From positions 1 to 44,595 of the forward strand of contig PMHC01000083.1 of NCBI GenBank assembly GCA_003156495.1: a stretch of DNA of 44,595 nucleotides, given 5' to 3'. Under the pieces are notes generated by a model. The model made no database searches and was not told where the DNA came from. It worked only from the letters and a program-made list of their open reading frames with translations. A program made the position numbers and the translations under genes. Numbering within the stretch: the stretch's first letter is position 1; each line of letters starts with the position of its first letter. Positions 28,288-37,175 of the stretch are shown one piece after another. Source of the stretch: Acidobacteriaceae bacterium (lineage in GTDB: Bacteria; Acidobacteriota; Terriglobia; Terriglobales; Acidobacteriaceae).

Positions 28288-28442
28288 CCGCGCCTCGCGC
28301 TCCGGTGCAATAGCGTGGCGGCCGAACAATGTTTGAAGCATGATTGCTTCTCTATTGCCCGGCACGACGCACGTTTGCTCTGGCTCCCCGCGATCCTTTC
28401 TTGTTTAAGAATTCGCGGTGCCATCCCGGAGGATGTGAGTCA

Positions 28443-28501
28443 AGCGTAGGCGCGATGCGCCTGCATCAGCGGCGCGCGTGGCCCGCAGGTCGCGCGTGTC
28501 G
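28443..28501 (-). promoter_or_regulatory. Putative late (lysis) promoter
   Basis: TACGCT -10-like element with upstream GC motif shared with 19083-19111. Confidence 0.45.
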
Positions 28502-28557
28502 ATCTGGTGTCAAAATTGGCATTAGTGCTGGAGAAAAGCGGCGATTGATAGGGGAAT

Positions 28558-29343
28558 TTAAGCGGCTAGCGGATAGTTTCCGATCAGCAGTTCGTGCACA
28601 CGCTTGCGATTGGATTGGCCACTGAGCGTATAGAGTACACCAACTCGGCGCAAAGAAAATCCATATTGCTTGGCGGCAGCACGCGCTTCGGCGTGATCCT
28701 CAAAACTCATTAGCCACGTCGCGTGCAGCTTCGCCAGGCGCGCAAACATCTCCGCTCTGCGCTCGCGCGTGAGCGGCACATAACGACCGTTGGGCTCGTA
28801 TTCGATGTAGGGTGGATCGAGATAAAAAAACGTATCGCGATGGTCATAACGATCGAGAACATCGGCAAAATCCCGCTGCTCGATCAGTACGCGCGCCAGG
28901 CGCGCGGAGGTCTGCTCAAGCAGTGACCGTATCGTATCCAGAGGGCGTTTGATGCGCGGATACATGGCGCTGGCTCGCGCAAAATGTTCGCCTTTACCAG
29001 AAAAGCTGTACCAGCTCAAATAAGCAAATCGCAGCGCGCGATCAATCTCGTCATTTGGAGGAACTTCAGCGCGTAGCTCGCGGAAGCGACCGGCGTGGAC
29101 GCACTCTTGTTCGAACCGCTCGGCCAGCTCGGCCGGCCTATGCTTGGCCACACGAAAAAAGTTGATGAGGTCGCCATTTACATCGTTCAACACCTCAAGC
29201 GGCGATGGCTCTTTGGCGAAGAGCAGCTTTGCGCTTCCGGCAAAGACTTCGACGTAATTGCGATGCGCGGGGATAAGCGGAAGCAGCGTCTTCAAAAGCT
29301 GTTGTTTGCCACCAGGCCAACTGATAGGACTTGCCATGTCCAT
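28558..29343 (-). CDS. DNA adenine methyltransferase (Dam/D12 class)
   Basis: WPGGK, YVEVFAGSA, EVLNDVNGDLINFF, FFYLDPPY; start ATG 29343 or 29337 rather than 29448. Confidence 0.92.
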   Translation of the reverse strand: MDMASPISWPGGKQQLLKTLLPLIPAHRNYVEVFAGSAKLLFAKEPSPLEVLNDVNGDLINFFRVAKHRPAELAERFEQECVHAGRFRELRAEVPPNDEIDRALRFAYLSWYSFSGKGEHFARASAMYPRIKRPLDTIRSLLEQTSARLARVLIEQRDFADVLDRYDHRDTFFYLDPPYIEYEPNGRYVPLTRERRAEMFARLAKLHATWLMSFEDHAEARAAAKQYGFSLRRVGVLYTLSGQSNRKRVHELLIGNYPLAA

Positions 29344-29583
29344 CAGTATCGCTCGCATGGTTAGCGAAGACAAGGCGAAGATAGCAATATTCGTCCCGCG
29401 TTTCTCATGCCAAATACGATTGTTAATTTGTCTGCAGGATGTAGGCAAAAATGAATCGAAGGATCAAGTAGACCAAACCGGCGCTGAGGCTGAAGGCCCA
29501 TAAGGCGGCGAATATCGCCCAGAAAATTGATCGCGGCGTAAGAGAAACTGACTTTTCAAGTGGTTCCTGAGCATCGAATAATG

Positions 29584-30270
29584 TCATCGATTATGCTTCC
29601 TGACCGATGCAGGCTGGCCAATCCATTTGATTACCTCGCCAACAATAGAAAAATTCCCTTCAGCGCGCATAACGCGCACCTGAATTCGCGGTGAAATGTG
29701 CTGTGGAACCAACATATAGGTATCCCCGTCTTTACGGAGCCATTTAATCGTAATGCCGTCACCTTCTCGCGCGGCAACCATGCGTTCAACTAATTTTCGT
29801 GGATCTCGACGTGAGGTATCGACGATCACTATGTAGCCATCGCCAATGATCGGTGTCATTGAGTCGCCTGCAACCTTTAAGGCAAAAAGTTCGCCAGTAG
29901 CCGGGAACCACAATTTGGGCAACATTAAAACCTGGGCAATTTCTCTTTCGTCTGTTGCGCGAGGGGTTCCAGCTGCTACCGGGTCGCGTAAAAGCGGAAT
30001 CGGTCGGGTTATGGTTGTGCCTGAATCCAATCCACTTCCAGCATGTAGAGCATCCGCTAAACCAGACTCCATGATGAAGTAGTCCTTTAGTTCTGCATTG
30101 ACAGTCAGGGTGGAGAGCTTTGCCAATATGCGAGGGGCAGGGCGATCTGTGCCTTTTTCCCAGTTAGATACAGCAACCTGGCTAACCCCGAATAAATCCG
30201 CAAACTCCTTTTGCGTCAACCCTTTTGCTGAGCGAACAGATCGGATATGCGCACCTAGCGCACGGGTCAT
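29584..30270 (-). CDS. CI-type repressor, XRE HTH + S24 peptidase
   Basis: LTQKEFADLFGVSQVAVSNWEKG HTH; VAAG cleavage site; GDSM Ser and TIK Lys; start likely ATG 30270 (or 30306). Confidence 0.92.
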   Translation of the reverse strand: MTRALGAHIRSVRSAKGLTQKEFADLFGVSQVAVSNWEKGTDRPAPRILAKLSTLTVNAELKDYFIMESGLADALHAGSGLDSGTTITRPIPLLRDPVAAGTPRATDEREIAQVLMLPKLWFPATGELFALKVAGDSMTPIIGDGYIVIVDTSRRDPRKLVERMVAAREGDGITIKWLRKDGDTYMLVPQHISPRIQVRVMRAEGNFSIVGEVIKWIGQPASVRKHNR

Positions 30271-30277
30271 TTGCGAA

Positions 30278-30323
30278 AAAAGCGTACTTTTACCGTTGAC
30301 ATTCATATAAGCGCGCTTATACT
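30278..30323 (+). promoter_or_regulatory. Early promoter with candidate operators
   Basis: TTGACA(30296)-16-TATACT(30318); perfect palindrome TATAAGCGCGCTTATA 30306-30321; related AAAAGCGTACTTTT 30278-30291. Confidence 0.75.
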
Positions 30324-30348
30324 TAACCTGTTCTTCCGGAGTTTCAAT

Positions 30349-30555
30349 TTGAACACCCATTTTAGCCCGGTTCAAACAATTTTGCGCGATCAGCAAAAAC
30401 GTAGGGTCAATTATTCGGCGTTGGCGCGGGAGTTGGACGTGACGCCACAACATGTTCGGCGCGTGGCTCTTGGGATGAGTACTTCGGCGCGAGTGCTGAA
30501 GCGTTTGGAACGGGAATGGCGGCATATTGAACGCCTGGCGGAGCGTGCGGCATGA
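30349..30555 (+). CDS. Cro/Ner-like HTH regulator
   Basis: NYSALARELDVTPQHVRRVALGMSTSARV; divergent from the repressor; TTG start after GGAG inferred. Confidence 0.75.
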   Translation: MNTHFSPVQTILRDQQKRRVNYSALARELDVTPQHVRRVALGMSTSARVLKRLEREWRHIERLAERAA

Positions 30556-31049
30556 AGCAATCATCACGCTCACAATCTTCGGCTAGTGCCCGAATCACGT
30601 CTACGTCAAAAGCACAGGAAAAATTCCCCGCTATTTTGCAGCAGGAACTCTTCGACAGGCCCAATTCGATCGTTCCCGGCTCTCTCAACGACGCCGGAAT
30701 GATCCGCGCCTCCTTGGTCGAGGCTATCCGCAAATCCGCGAAAAGCCGCGAAGAACTTGCTGAAATCATGACGCTGCTTACCGGCACCGAAGTCACGGCA
30801 AGACGGATCAACGCATTTACCGCGGAATCGCGGGAGGATTTTCGGTTTCCAGCAGAACTAGCTCGCGCTTTCTGTATTGCCACCGACGATTTTTCTCTTT
30901 TGCGCAACCTGATCGAAGCAGCTGGCTACTACGTCGTCGATCAGGCTGAATTCGAGATGCTCCAGCTCGGCCGCGAATATCTGCGGCAGAAGCGGGCGAA
31001 CGAAAGGGTCGAATCGCTCGAAGCGCGGCTGCGGGGGGTAGAACTATGA
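30552..31049 (+). CDS. Phage regulatory protein upstream of the transposase
   Basis: SREELAEIMT...INAFTAESRE...FPAE HTH-like pattern; ATGA coupling on both sides. Confidence 0.7.
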   Translation: MKQSSRSQSSASARITSTSKAQEKFPAILQQELFDRPNSIVPGSLNDAGMIRASLVEAIRKSAKSREELAEIMTLLTGTEVTARRINAFTAESREDFRFPAELARAFCIATDDFSLLRNLIEAAGYYVVDQAEFEMLQLGREYLRQKRANERVESLEARLRGVEL

Positions 31050-33151
31050 GCGCCGCCCTACAGCTCGCCATTGTGCCCTCAGCCGAGCAATGGATTTCGG
31101 CCGAGGAAGCGATGCAGATTACAGGCTGGACCGATCGCTGGCTGCGCGCAAAAGTTGCGTGCGGAGCCGTTATCTCGCGTGAATCAACGCAAACTGGACC
31201 CAATGGTCGCCCAGTCCGCGAATATCTCCTAAGCTCCCTTCCCCTGTCTCCCTCCCAGGCGGTGCAGACACACCTGACCGTGGTCGCACCGCCTGCGGCC
31301 TCATTTGGGCCGCTTTTCGCGGGCGTTTCCGCTAATTTATCGGAGCGTATTGTGCTTCCCGATTCTGATAGTCAAGCCCAGGCAGAGCAACGCCTGGCGA
31401 TTCTGCGGCCCGTACTCGATTACCCCGACGATCCCGAGCGGTTCACCGCGCTGGCTCTGCCAGACGGCCGCCGCGTAACCTCGGTCGAAAAAATGATCGA
31501 GTACGTCGCGGCCGGTGCGAACGTTTCCTCCCGGACCATCAAGCGTTGGCTGGCGGCCTATCGCGCCTCGAACTTTGCGGCGCTGGCAGATCGCGTCCGC
31601 GCCGACAAGGGACAGAGCCGCTGGTTCTCGCGACACCATCAAGCGGCGATCCTGGCCGCCTATCTCTATCTCGGCGACATCGATCGCCTCGGGCTGAGAA
31701 CTAGCGAAAAGCCACATCGCGGCCAGAGCGTCGCATTTGTTTACGAGCAAATCTGCGAACAAGCTGACAGCCTCGGCATCGCAAAAGACGAACTGCCCAG
31801 CCGCGAGACGGTGCGACTCTTCCTCAGCCAGCAGATCTCGCCGGCCATGAAGGCGCTCGCGCGTGACGGGCAGCGCCAATACCGTGAGCGCATGTCGCCA
31901 TACATCCGACGCCGCTACGACGACATCTACGCCAACCAAGTGTGGGTCGGCGATCAGATGTGGCACGACACCGAAGTGGCCAACGACATCTTCGACGATA
32001 TGCCGCTCGGCGCGCCGGTTCGGCTACGCCTGGACGCGTTCGAAGATTTTCGCAGCCGCAAGATCGTCGGCGCGACCTGGACCCACCACGGTAGCTCGCG
32101 ATCAATTGCCGCCACCTTGCGCCGCGGCATTCTGCAGTACGGTCCACCCGAGATGATCTACGTCGACAACGGCAAGGATTATAAAAAAGTTGCCAAGGGC
32201 GCGCAGCGCGGTTTCCCGGTCGAGGATCTTCACCCAGAGGATATTGCGTCAATCGAACAGACCGGATTCCTGGCGCGCATTGGCTGTGGCGTCGTGCATT
32301 GCATTCCGCGCCATCCGCAATCAAAGGGTGTCGAGCGTTGCTTCGGAACGGTACATCACTTCGATGCATTCTTCTCGACCTACACGTCCGGCTCCTCGGC
32401 CACGCGGCCAGAAGCTACCGGGGTCGCGATGATGGAGCACCGCCGCCTATTCAAAAAAGGCCGCGTCGCCGAGTCGAATCATCCGCTGGCCAGCGCCTTC
32501 ATTCTCGCTTGCTTGTCATGGATCGATAAATACAATGCCACGCCGCATAGCGGCGAAGGTATGGACGGCCTGAGCCCTGACGAAGTTTTCGAGGCTGAGC
32601 AGAATCCCAATCAGAAGCCCACACCCGAGCCCGCGACACTCGCGCTGTTGATGGCCGAGTACGAACGTCGGCAGGTGCGCGAATGCGCCGTCACGATCAA
32701 CAAGCGCCGCTACACGCCGCGGCCCGAAGATCGCCTTGCCTGGGCTGCGATGCACGAGTGCAACGAGCGCGAGATTCTCGTGGCCTACGACCCGCTCGAT
32801 CCCGAGTGCGCCGCGGCTCTCGATCTTGATGGCCGGTTCATCGCGTGGCTCGAAGCCGAGGTTTTGCTGCGCTTCGCGCCGCAAGATCACGAGACACAGC
32901 GCCAGATCGGCGAGTCGATGAAGATCCGCCACAGTCTGGAAAAAGCTACCAAGACCACGCTGCGCGCAATCGCATCCGCGGCCCGCGCCAACGGCGCGCA
33001 ATCGGCCGAAGAAATTGTCTACAGCCAGATGCAATTGCCCGCCAACACGACTCCGGTAATTTCGCAACGCAAGCAGCTAAGGGATGACAAAGCCATAGCG
33101 CCGGCAAGCGCCAGCGATATTGCGGCAAGTTTTCTGGAGGAAATTAAGTGA
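31046..33151 (+). CDS. MuA-type DDE transposase
   Basis: N-terminal wHTH; VWVGD, IYVDNGKDY, PQSKGVERCF give an intact D-D-E; YNATPH; VAYDPLD C-terminal domain. Confidence 0.95.
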   Translation: MSAALQLAIVPSAEQWISAEEAMQITGWTDRWLRAKVACGAVISRESTQTGPNGRPVREYLLSSLPLSPSQAVQTHLTVVAPPAASFGPLFAGVSANLSERIVLPDSDSQAQAEQRLAILRPVLDYPDDPERFTALALPDGRRVTSVEKMIEYVAAGANVSSRTIKRWLAAYRASNFAALADRVRADKGQSRWFSRHHQAAILAAYLYLGDIDRLGLRTSEKPHRGQSVAFVYEQICEQADSLGIAKDELPSRETVRLFLSQQISPAMKALARDGQRQYRERMSPYIRRRYDDIYANQVWVGDQMWHDTEVANDIFDDMPLGAPVRLRLDAFEDFRSRKIVGATWTHHGSSRSIAATLRRGILQYGPPEMIYVDNGKDYKKVAKGAQRGFPVEDLHPEDIASIEQTGFLARIGCGVVHCIPRHPQSKGVERCFGTVHHFDAFFSTYTSGSSATRPEATGVAMMEHRRLFKKGRVAESNHPLASAFILACLSWIDKYNATPHSGEGMDGLSPDEVFEAEQNPNQKPTPEPATLALLMAEYERRQVRECAVTINKRRYTPRPEDRLAWAAMHECNEREILVAYDPLDPECAAALDLDGRFIAWLEAEVLLRFAPQDHETQRQIGESMKIRHSLEKATKTTLRAIASAARANGAQSAEEIVYSQMQLPANTTPVISQRKQLRDDKAIAPASASDIAASFLEEIK

Positions 33152-34179
33152 GGACGCTTAAAGCAGAAACAGTTTCACGGATCGAAATGCTGGCGCAAGA
33201 AGCGACCGAAGTCGCGCCAGTAATTGCGCGAACAAAAGACTATCTGGCGCGTACGGGGTTATCGACTCCCGATTTTGCCCACCGCATCAATTACGGCGAA
33301 TCAACCTTGCGCTTCTTTTTGGAGGGCAACTATCACAACATTTCGCGCTCGCCAAAATCGCTTATAAAAGCGCTCGTCACTTTTATGGATGCTCACCCGG
33401 CTGGCGAAACCGGCCGCGTGTTGGGCAATCTGTACGAAACAGAGAATGTACGCATCATCCGGGAAACATTCGAGAAGTTGCTGCCGCGGCCAGTAGCCTA
33501 CATGATCTATGCACCTCCGGGTTCGCAAAAGAGTTTTGTCCTAGAGCATCAGGTGGCCAAACTCAATCGCGACGAGATCGCCAAGGAACAAGGGCGCCGG
33601 GCCTTCTATATTTACGCACGCCAGAATTTGCGGCCACGCGATCTGATTAGACGCGTCGCTATTGCCTGTGGCTGCCGACTTGGCAATGACATCGATTCAA
33701 TGTTGAATAGCATTCGTTTTGATTACCGTCACAACCGCGTCCTGCTGGTCGTTGATGAGGCGCAGCATCTCTCAATCGAATGTTTCGAGACATTGCGCGA
33801 GTTGCTCGATCAGTCACCGTATTTCTCCCTGCTCTTTGCCGGCAGCCACGACCTGAAACGGAAGTTTGACGAGTTCTCTGCGACGTTGGAGCAGTGGAAT
33901 TCGCGAATTATCGCCAAGGTCCGGCTGCCCGGCTTAGAGCGCTTGGAAGCACGCGGCATTATAGAGCGCGAAATCGGCGCAATCCTTGCGCAGCGCACGT
34001 TGCAAGATCGCGAGCGGCTGGCTGACAAATTGATTGCCGCGGCTACCGTCCGCGATGCCTTTGAAAATAACCGCACCTACATCAACGTGCGCACGCTGAC
34101 GAACGCGCTCGACCAGATCAAAGCACAGGCCGAAGCTGCTCCGGCCGAGAGCGACGAGAAAGTTGAGGCCATCGCATGA
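33148..34179 (+). CDS. MuB-type AAA+ ATPase
   Basis: N-terminal HTH, variant Walker A APPGSQKS, Walker B LLVVDEAQHL, ETLRELLD, SRI. Confidence 0.9.
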   Translation: MRTLKAETVSRIEMLAQEATEVAPVIARTKDYLARTGLSTPDFAHRINYGESTLRFFLEGNYHNISRSPKSLIKALVTFMDAHPAGETGRVLGNLYETENVRIIRETFEKLLPRPVAYMIYAPPGSQKSFVLEHQVAKLNRDEIAKEQGRRAFYIYARQNLRPRDLIRRVAIACGCRLGNDIDSMLNSIRFDYRHNRVLLVVDEAQHLSIECFETLRELLDQSPYFSLLFAGSHDLKRKFDEFSATLEQWNSRIIAKVRLPGLERLEARGIIEREIGAILAQRTLQDRERLADKLIAAATVRDAFENNRTYINVRTLTNALDQIKAQAEAAPAESDEKVEAIA

Positions 34180-34382
34180 AAAATGCGCTTCGATTTTGGA
34201 ACCGGATGATGGATTGGTCGCCAACCGACGAGCAGATTGATTGCGTCGTTAGGGCCGGGCGTATCTGCGAACGTCTGCTCCGGTCTGCGGTCATCCTGGC
34301 CGTTATATATATCTCAACCGAAGTTGCCTCGGCATTTTTCCCCGGCGGCCCGGCCTGGCAGTACCTGAAAGGTGGCCAGTAA
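34176..34382 (+). CDS. Small early protein with one hydrophobic segment
   Basis: Overlapping start/stop with both neighbours. Confidence 0.65.
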   Translation: MKNALRFWNRMMDWSPTDEQIDCVVRAGRICERLLRSAVILAVIYISTEVASAFFPGGPAWQYLKGGQ

Positions 34383-34615
34383 TGCCGAAATCTGTTCCGG
34401 CCATGCTCAGCGCCATCAAGGACGATCTCACCGCTGCCCAGGTGATTGTCGAGCGGCTCGGCACGCTCTGTGACATCGAAGGCTGCATCGGATCGCAGAC
34501 GGCTCTCGATCAAGCACTGGATCTATGCCGGGCCTTGAGCTACGCGCTCACGACGGCCAGTGATCTCAAGGCTCACATCAAAGCGCAACCCCGCGCGAAA
34601 GGCGGCAAGGCATGA
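34382..34615 (+). CDS. Hypothetical early protein
   Basis: TAATG and ATGA coupling. Confidence 0.65.
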   Translation: MPKSVPAMLSAIKDDLTAAQVIVERLGTLCDIEGCIGSQTALDQALDLCRALSYALTTASDLKAHIKAQPRAKGGKA

Positions 34616-34839
34616 ACGTCGAGATGTTGGCAAATTCAATCCGCGAACGCGCTCAGGATTTGCGTCGATCGGACGAGAATCCTCTCACTTACTCGGAACT
34701 TAAAGATGATGCCGAACTGCTCATGGTCCTCTCGCGCTTGGTCAAAGGAGCTTCAGTTGCGCGTGCGTTCGGCGCGCCTGGTGATTGGGGCTATTCACAT
34801 CCGATAGGTAAGGCGCTTAGCGCGAAAGGCGGCCAGTGA
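34612..34839 (+). CDS. Hypothetical early protein
   Basis: Coupled to neighbours; AFGAPGDWGY motif. Confidence 0.7.
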   Translation: MNVEMLANSIRERAQDLRRSDENPLTYSELKDDAELLMVLSRLVKGASVARAFGAPGDWGYSHPIGKALSAKGGQ

Positions 34840-35102
34840 TGAGTGATGTAGCCACTGTGAAGTGCGACATTTGCAAACGTCAGAAACAGGAGACCAATCA
34901 CTGGCTCGTTGCGATCACCACCCCCGGATTTGAAGGCATTCTCTTCGTCCCGGCCGATGCCGCGTGCAAACCGCTTCCCGGCGGCTATGTCTCTAAAGAT
35001 TTGTGCGGTCAAGAATGCGCGCACAAAGAGCTTTCCGCTTGGCTAGACGATTTCAAAAATATCGATTTTCCAACGAAAGAAGGACGCCATGACAACGACT
35101 AA
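34839..35102 (+). CDS. Zinc-finger early protein
   Basis: CDIC...DLCGQEC; TGATG coupling. Confidence 0.7.
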   Translation: MSDVATVKCDICKRQKQETNHWLVAITTPGFEGILFVPADAACKPLPGGYVSKDLCGQECAHKELSAWLDDFKNIDFPTKEGRHDND

Positions 35103-35640
35103 GAGTAAACCCACCGCTGAGCAGATCGACGAGCTCTGCAACCGTTTTGACAAAGCGAAGATCGCCGTCGAGCAAGCCGAGCAAAAGCTATCAGGCGTGA
35201 AGGGTGAACTGCTCGCTGCGGTACAAGATTTCGGCTACGTGCCTACAAACGCCGAGAAGACGACACGGCTTGAAGGCGCGCTCTACGTCGCCGACGCAAC
35301 GGTTGCCTCGACGGTTGCGATAAGCGAAACGGCCGTGGGCGAACTGCAGTCGGAACTTTCGCGGTTCAAGCTGCCCAGAGTATTCAGCAAACTTTTCGCG
35401 CGCAAGGTCACGCACACGCTGCAGAAGGATGCGCACGGAGCATTAGAACTGGCGATCGGCGGTTTTCCGCTCGAAGCCAAGAAACGTCTGCTCTCGCTCT
35501 TCGCCTCATGCTTCAAGGTCGATTCAAAAACGCCGGCGCTGACCGTCAACCTGGTTGCCGCGTTGCGCGCCAAGGAAGCAGCGGCTACTGAAAAAGCAGC
35601 GAAGAAAGCCGCCCGCGCCGCGAAAAAGAAGAGGGCGTGA
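35089..35640 (+). CDS. Early protein, possibly Gam-like
   Basis: N-terminal coiled coil, size and position as for Mu gam; basic tail; function is a guess. Confidence 0.5.
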   Translation: MTTTKSKPTAEQIDELCNRFDKAKIAVEQAEQKLSGVKGELLAAVQDFGYVPTNAEKTTRLEGALYVADATVASTVAISETAVGELQSELSRFKLPRVFSKLFARKVTHTLQKDAHGALELAIGGFPLEAKKRLLSLFASCFKVDSKTPALTVNLVAALRAKEAAATEKAAKKAARAAKKKRA

Positions 35641-35999
35641 AAGCGCCACAAGTTTGGAGGAAACGATCAATGGAAATCCGCATACATGCTGAATCGCTCG
35701 AAGCTGCCGTGCTCAAAGTTTTAAGAGAGTGCGAGCCCGCGCGCATCGAGAAAATCTCCTGCCGCGTGAAAATCTCATTTTCGCTGGCACGAGCCACATT
35801 GTGCACTGCCTTCGATCACGGCTTTGCCACGCCCATCAGGATGAAGAAATTGAGCCTTGATGAATATCCATGGAAACTCACGGAGAAAGGCCGGAAGCTG
35901 GTCGATGTCTGCACGAAAGACGAAATCACACAGTTACCTGCAGCTTCCAATCTTTTGGCAGCGCTGGAAGCCGGAGAGACGATCGGGGCGCGCCAATGA
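35637..35999 (+). CDS. Hypothetical winged-helix-like protein
   Basis: WKLTEKGRKL motif; coupled to neighbours. Confidence 0.55.
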   Translation: MKAPQVWRKRSMEIRIHAESLEAAVLKVLRECEPARIEKISCRVKISFSLARATLCTAFDHGFATPIRMKKLSLDEYPWKLTEKGRKLVDVCTKDEITQLPAASNLLAALEAGETIGARQ

Positions 36000-36232
36000 C
36001 CGAGGAGAGGACAAATCGCGCCTGGACGTTCTGGCAGGAGTCGGCCGGCTGCATTGAACGCATCCAGCATCTGTTGCAACGCTGCGCAACGATTGCCGCT
36101 GCCGAGCCGCCCACCGACCTGTCGTCGCAGGACGTGCGCGAGATTCGCCGAAATATTGCCCGATTTAACGAAAAGTTCGCGCTGCTGGTGCGCGAGCAAA
36201 AACGGAAGGCGGCCCGCTTATGCCAGTCCTGA
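35996..36232 (+). CDS. Hypothetical early protein
   Basis: ATG 35996 overlaps the upstream stop (ATGA). Confidence 0.55.
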   Translation: MTEERTNRAWTFWQESAGCIERIQHLLQRCATIAAAEPPTDLSSQDVREIRRNIARFNEKFALLVREQKRKAARLCQS

Positions 36233-36471
36233 ACATTAACGGATCGAATGGCCCTTTAACCGTATTCATGTGTACGCGCGGCCGATCGAAACCTTGCGCG
36301 ACATGCGGACGTCCATCGACAAAGCTATGCGACTTTCCGCTAGGCAATGGCAAAACCTGCGATGCCGCAATCTGTGACGGTTGCGCAACCGGAGTTGGCA
36401 TGGGGCTTGACTATTGTCCGAAGCATAAAGACATGCAGCCGCCGCAAGGCAACCTCTTCGAGGTGCGCTGA
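36220..36471 (+). CDS. Cys-rich zinc-binding protein
   Basis: CATC...LCDFP...TCDAAICDGC...DYCPKH. Confidence 0.75.
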   Translation: MPVLNINGSNGPLTVFMCTRGRSKPCATCGRPSTKLCDFPLGNGKTCDAAICDGCATGVGMGLDYCPKHKDMQPPQGNLFEVR

Positions 36472-36920
36472 TGAGCACGCAAGGTTTGCTCTTCGAAGGA
36501 TCTCCCGAGATGCTCTTGCAACATCTCGATGCACAGATACTCGATCTGATTCTGGGGCACGCCGGCGGCCCACTCGCAATCGCTGCGAATGACCAGGAGC
36601 GCGCTGTGCTGCGCCTCGTGCGGTATCGTCGCGGCCTGAACAATGCCGTGAAGATTCGCGAGATCCAGGAGCAAACAGGCTTGAGCGCACGCACTATCAA
36701 AGAGGCCGTGCGCGGGCTCCGTGTGAATTTCCATCTGCCCATCGGCAGTTCGAAGCACGGTTCCGACGGCGGCTACTATCTGATGCTCACCAAGGAAGAT
36801 CGCGATGCCTGGGTTAGTGACTTTGTAAGCCAGATTCGTGCTGAGGCTGCTGTACTGCGCGCCGCCGCCGGGCCGCACGCCTATCGCGAGCTTGTTGGCA
36901 AGATCAGCGGGGAGGAATAG
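36471..36920 (+). CDS. Winged-HTH DNA-binding protein
   Basis: IREIQEQTGLSARTIKEAVRGLR...PIGSS...GGYYL. Confidence 0.75.
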   Translation: MSTQGLLFEGSPEMLLQHLDAQILDLILGHAGGPLAIAANDQERAVLRLVRYRRGLNNAVKIREIQEQTGLSARTIKEAVRGLRVNFHLPIGSSKHGSDGGYYLMLTKEDRDAWVSDFVSQIRAEAAVLRAAAGPHAYRELVGKISGEE

Positions 36921-36922
36921 TT

Positions 36923-37162
36923 GTGAGCGTATTTTTCACGCGCAAAAAGGCGTGCTTTGCCGCAGGCTGCAAAAGGATGGTGCCGAGTCGACGATTGATG
37001 TGCAAAGAGCATTGGCTGCTGGTACCGCACTCGATGCGGGTTGAAATCTATGCCGGCCTTGATCTGTGGCAATCGGGCAGAAGCCCAAAAACGTATCTCG
37101 AAGCAATCCAGCGTGCGCGAGCCTTTGTAGCTGAAGCTGAAGCAAAGCTGGCTAGGAAGTGA
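36923..37162 (+). CDS. Small Cys/His protein
   Basis: CFAAGC...LMCKEHW; SD GGAGG. Confidence 0.7.
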   Translation: MSVFFTRKKACFAAGCKRMVPSRRLMCKEHWLLVPHSMRVEIYAGLDLWQSGRSPKTYLEAIQRARAFVAEAEAKLARK

Positions 37163-37175
37163 TTTTGGAGAAATC

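Noticed and set aside
30271-30573. N-terminal extension of the repressor ORF to 30573
   Set aside because: Overlaps the divergent Cro/Ner gene and promoter; the HTH begins near 30270
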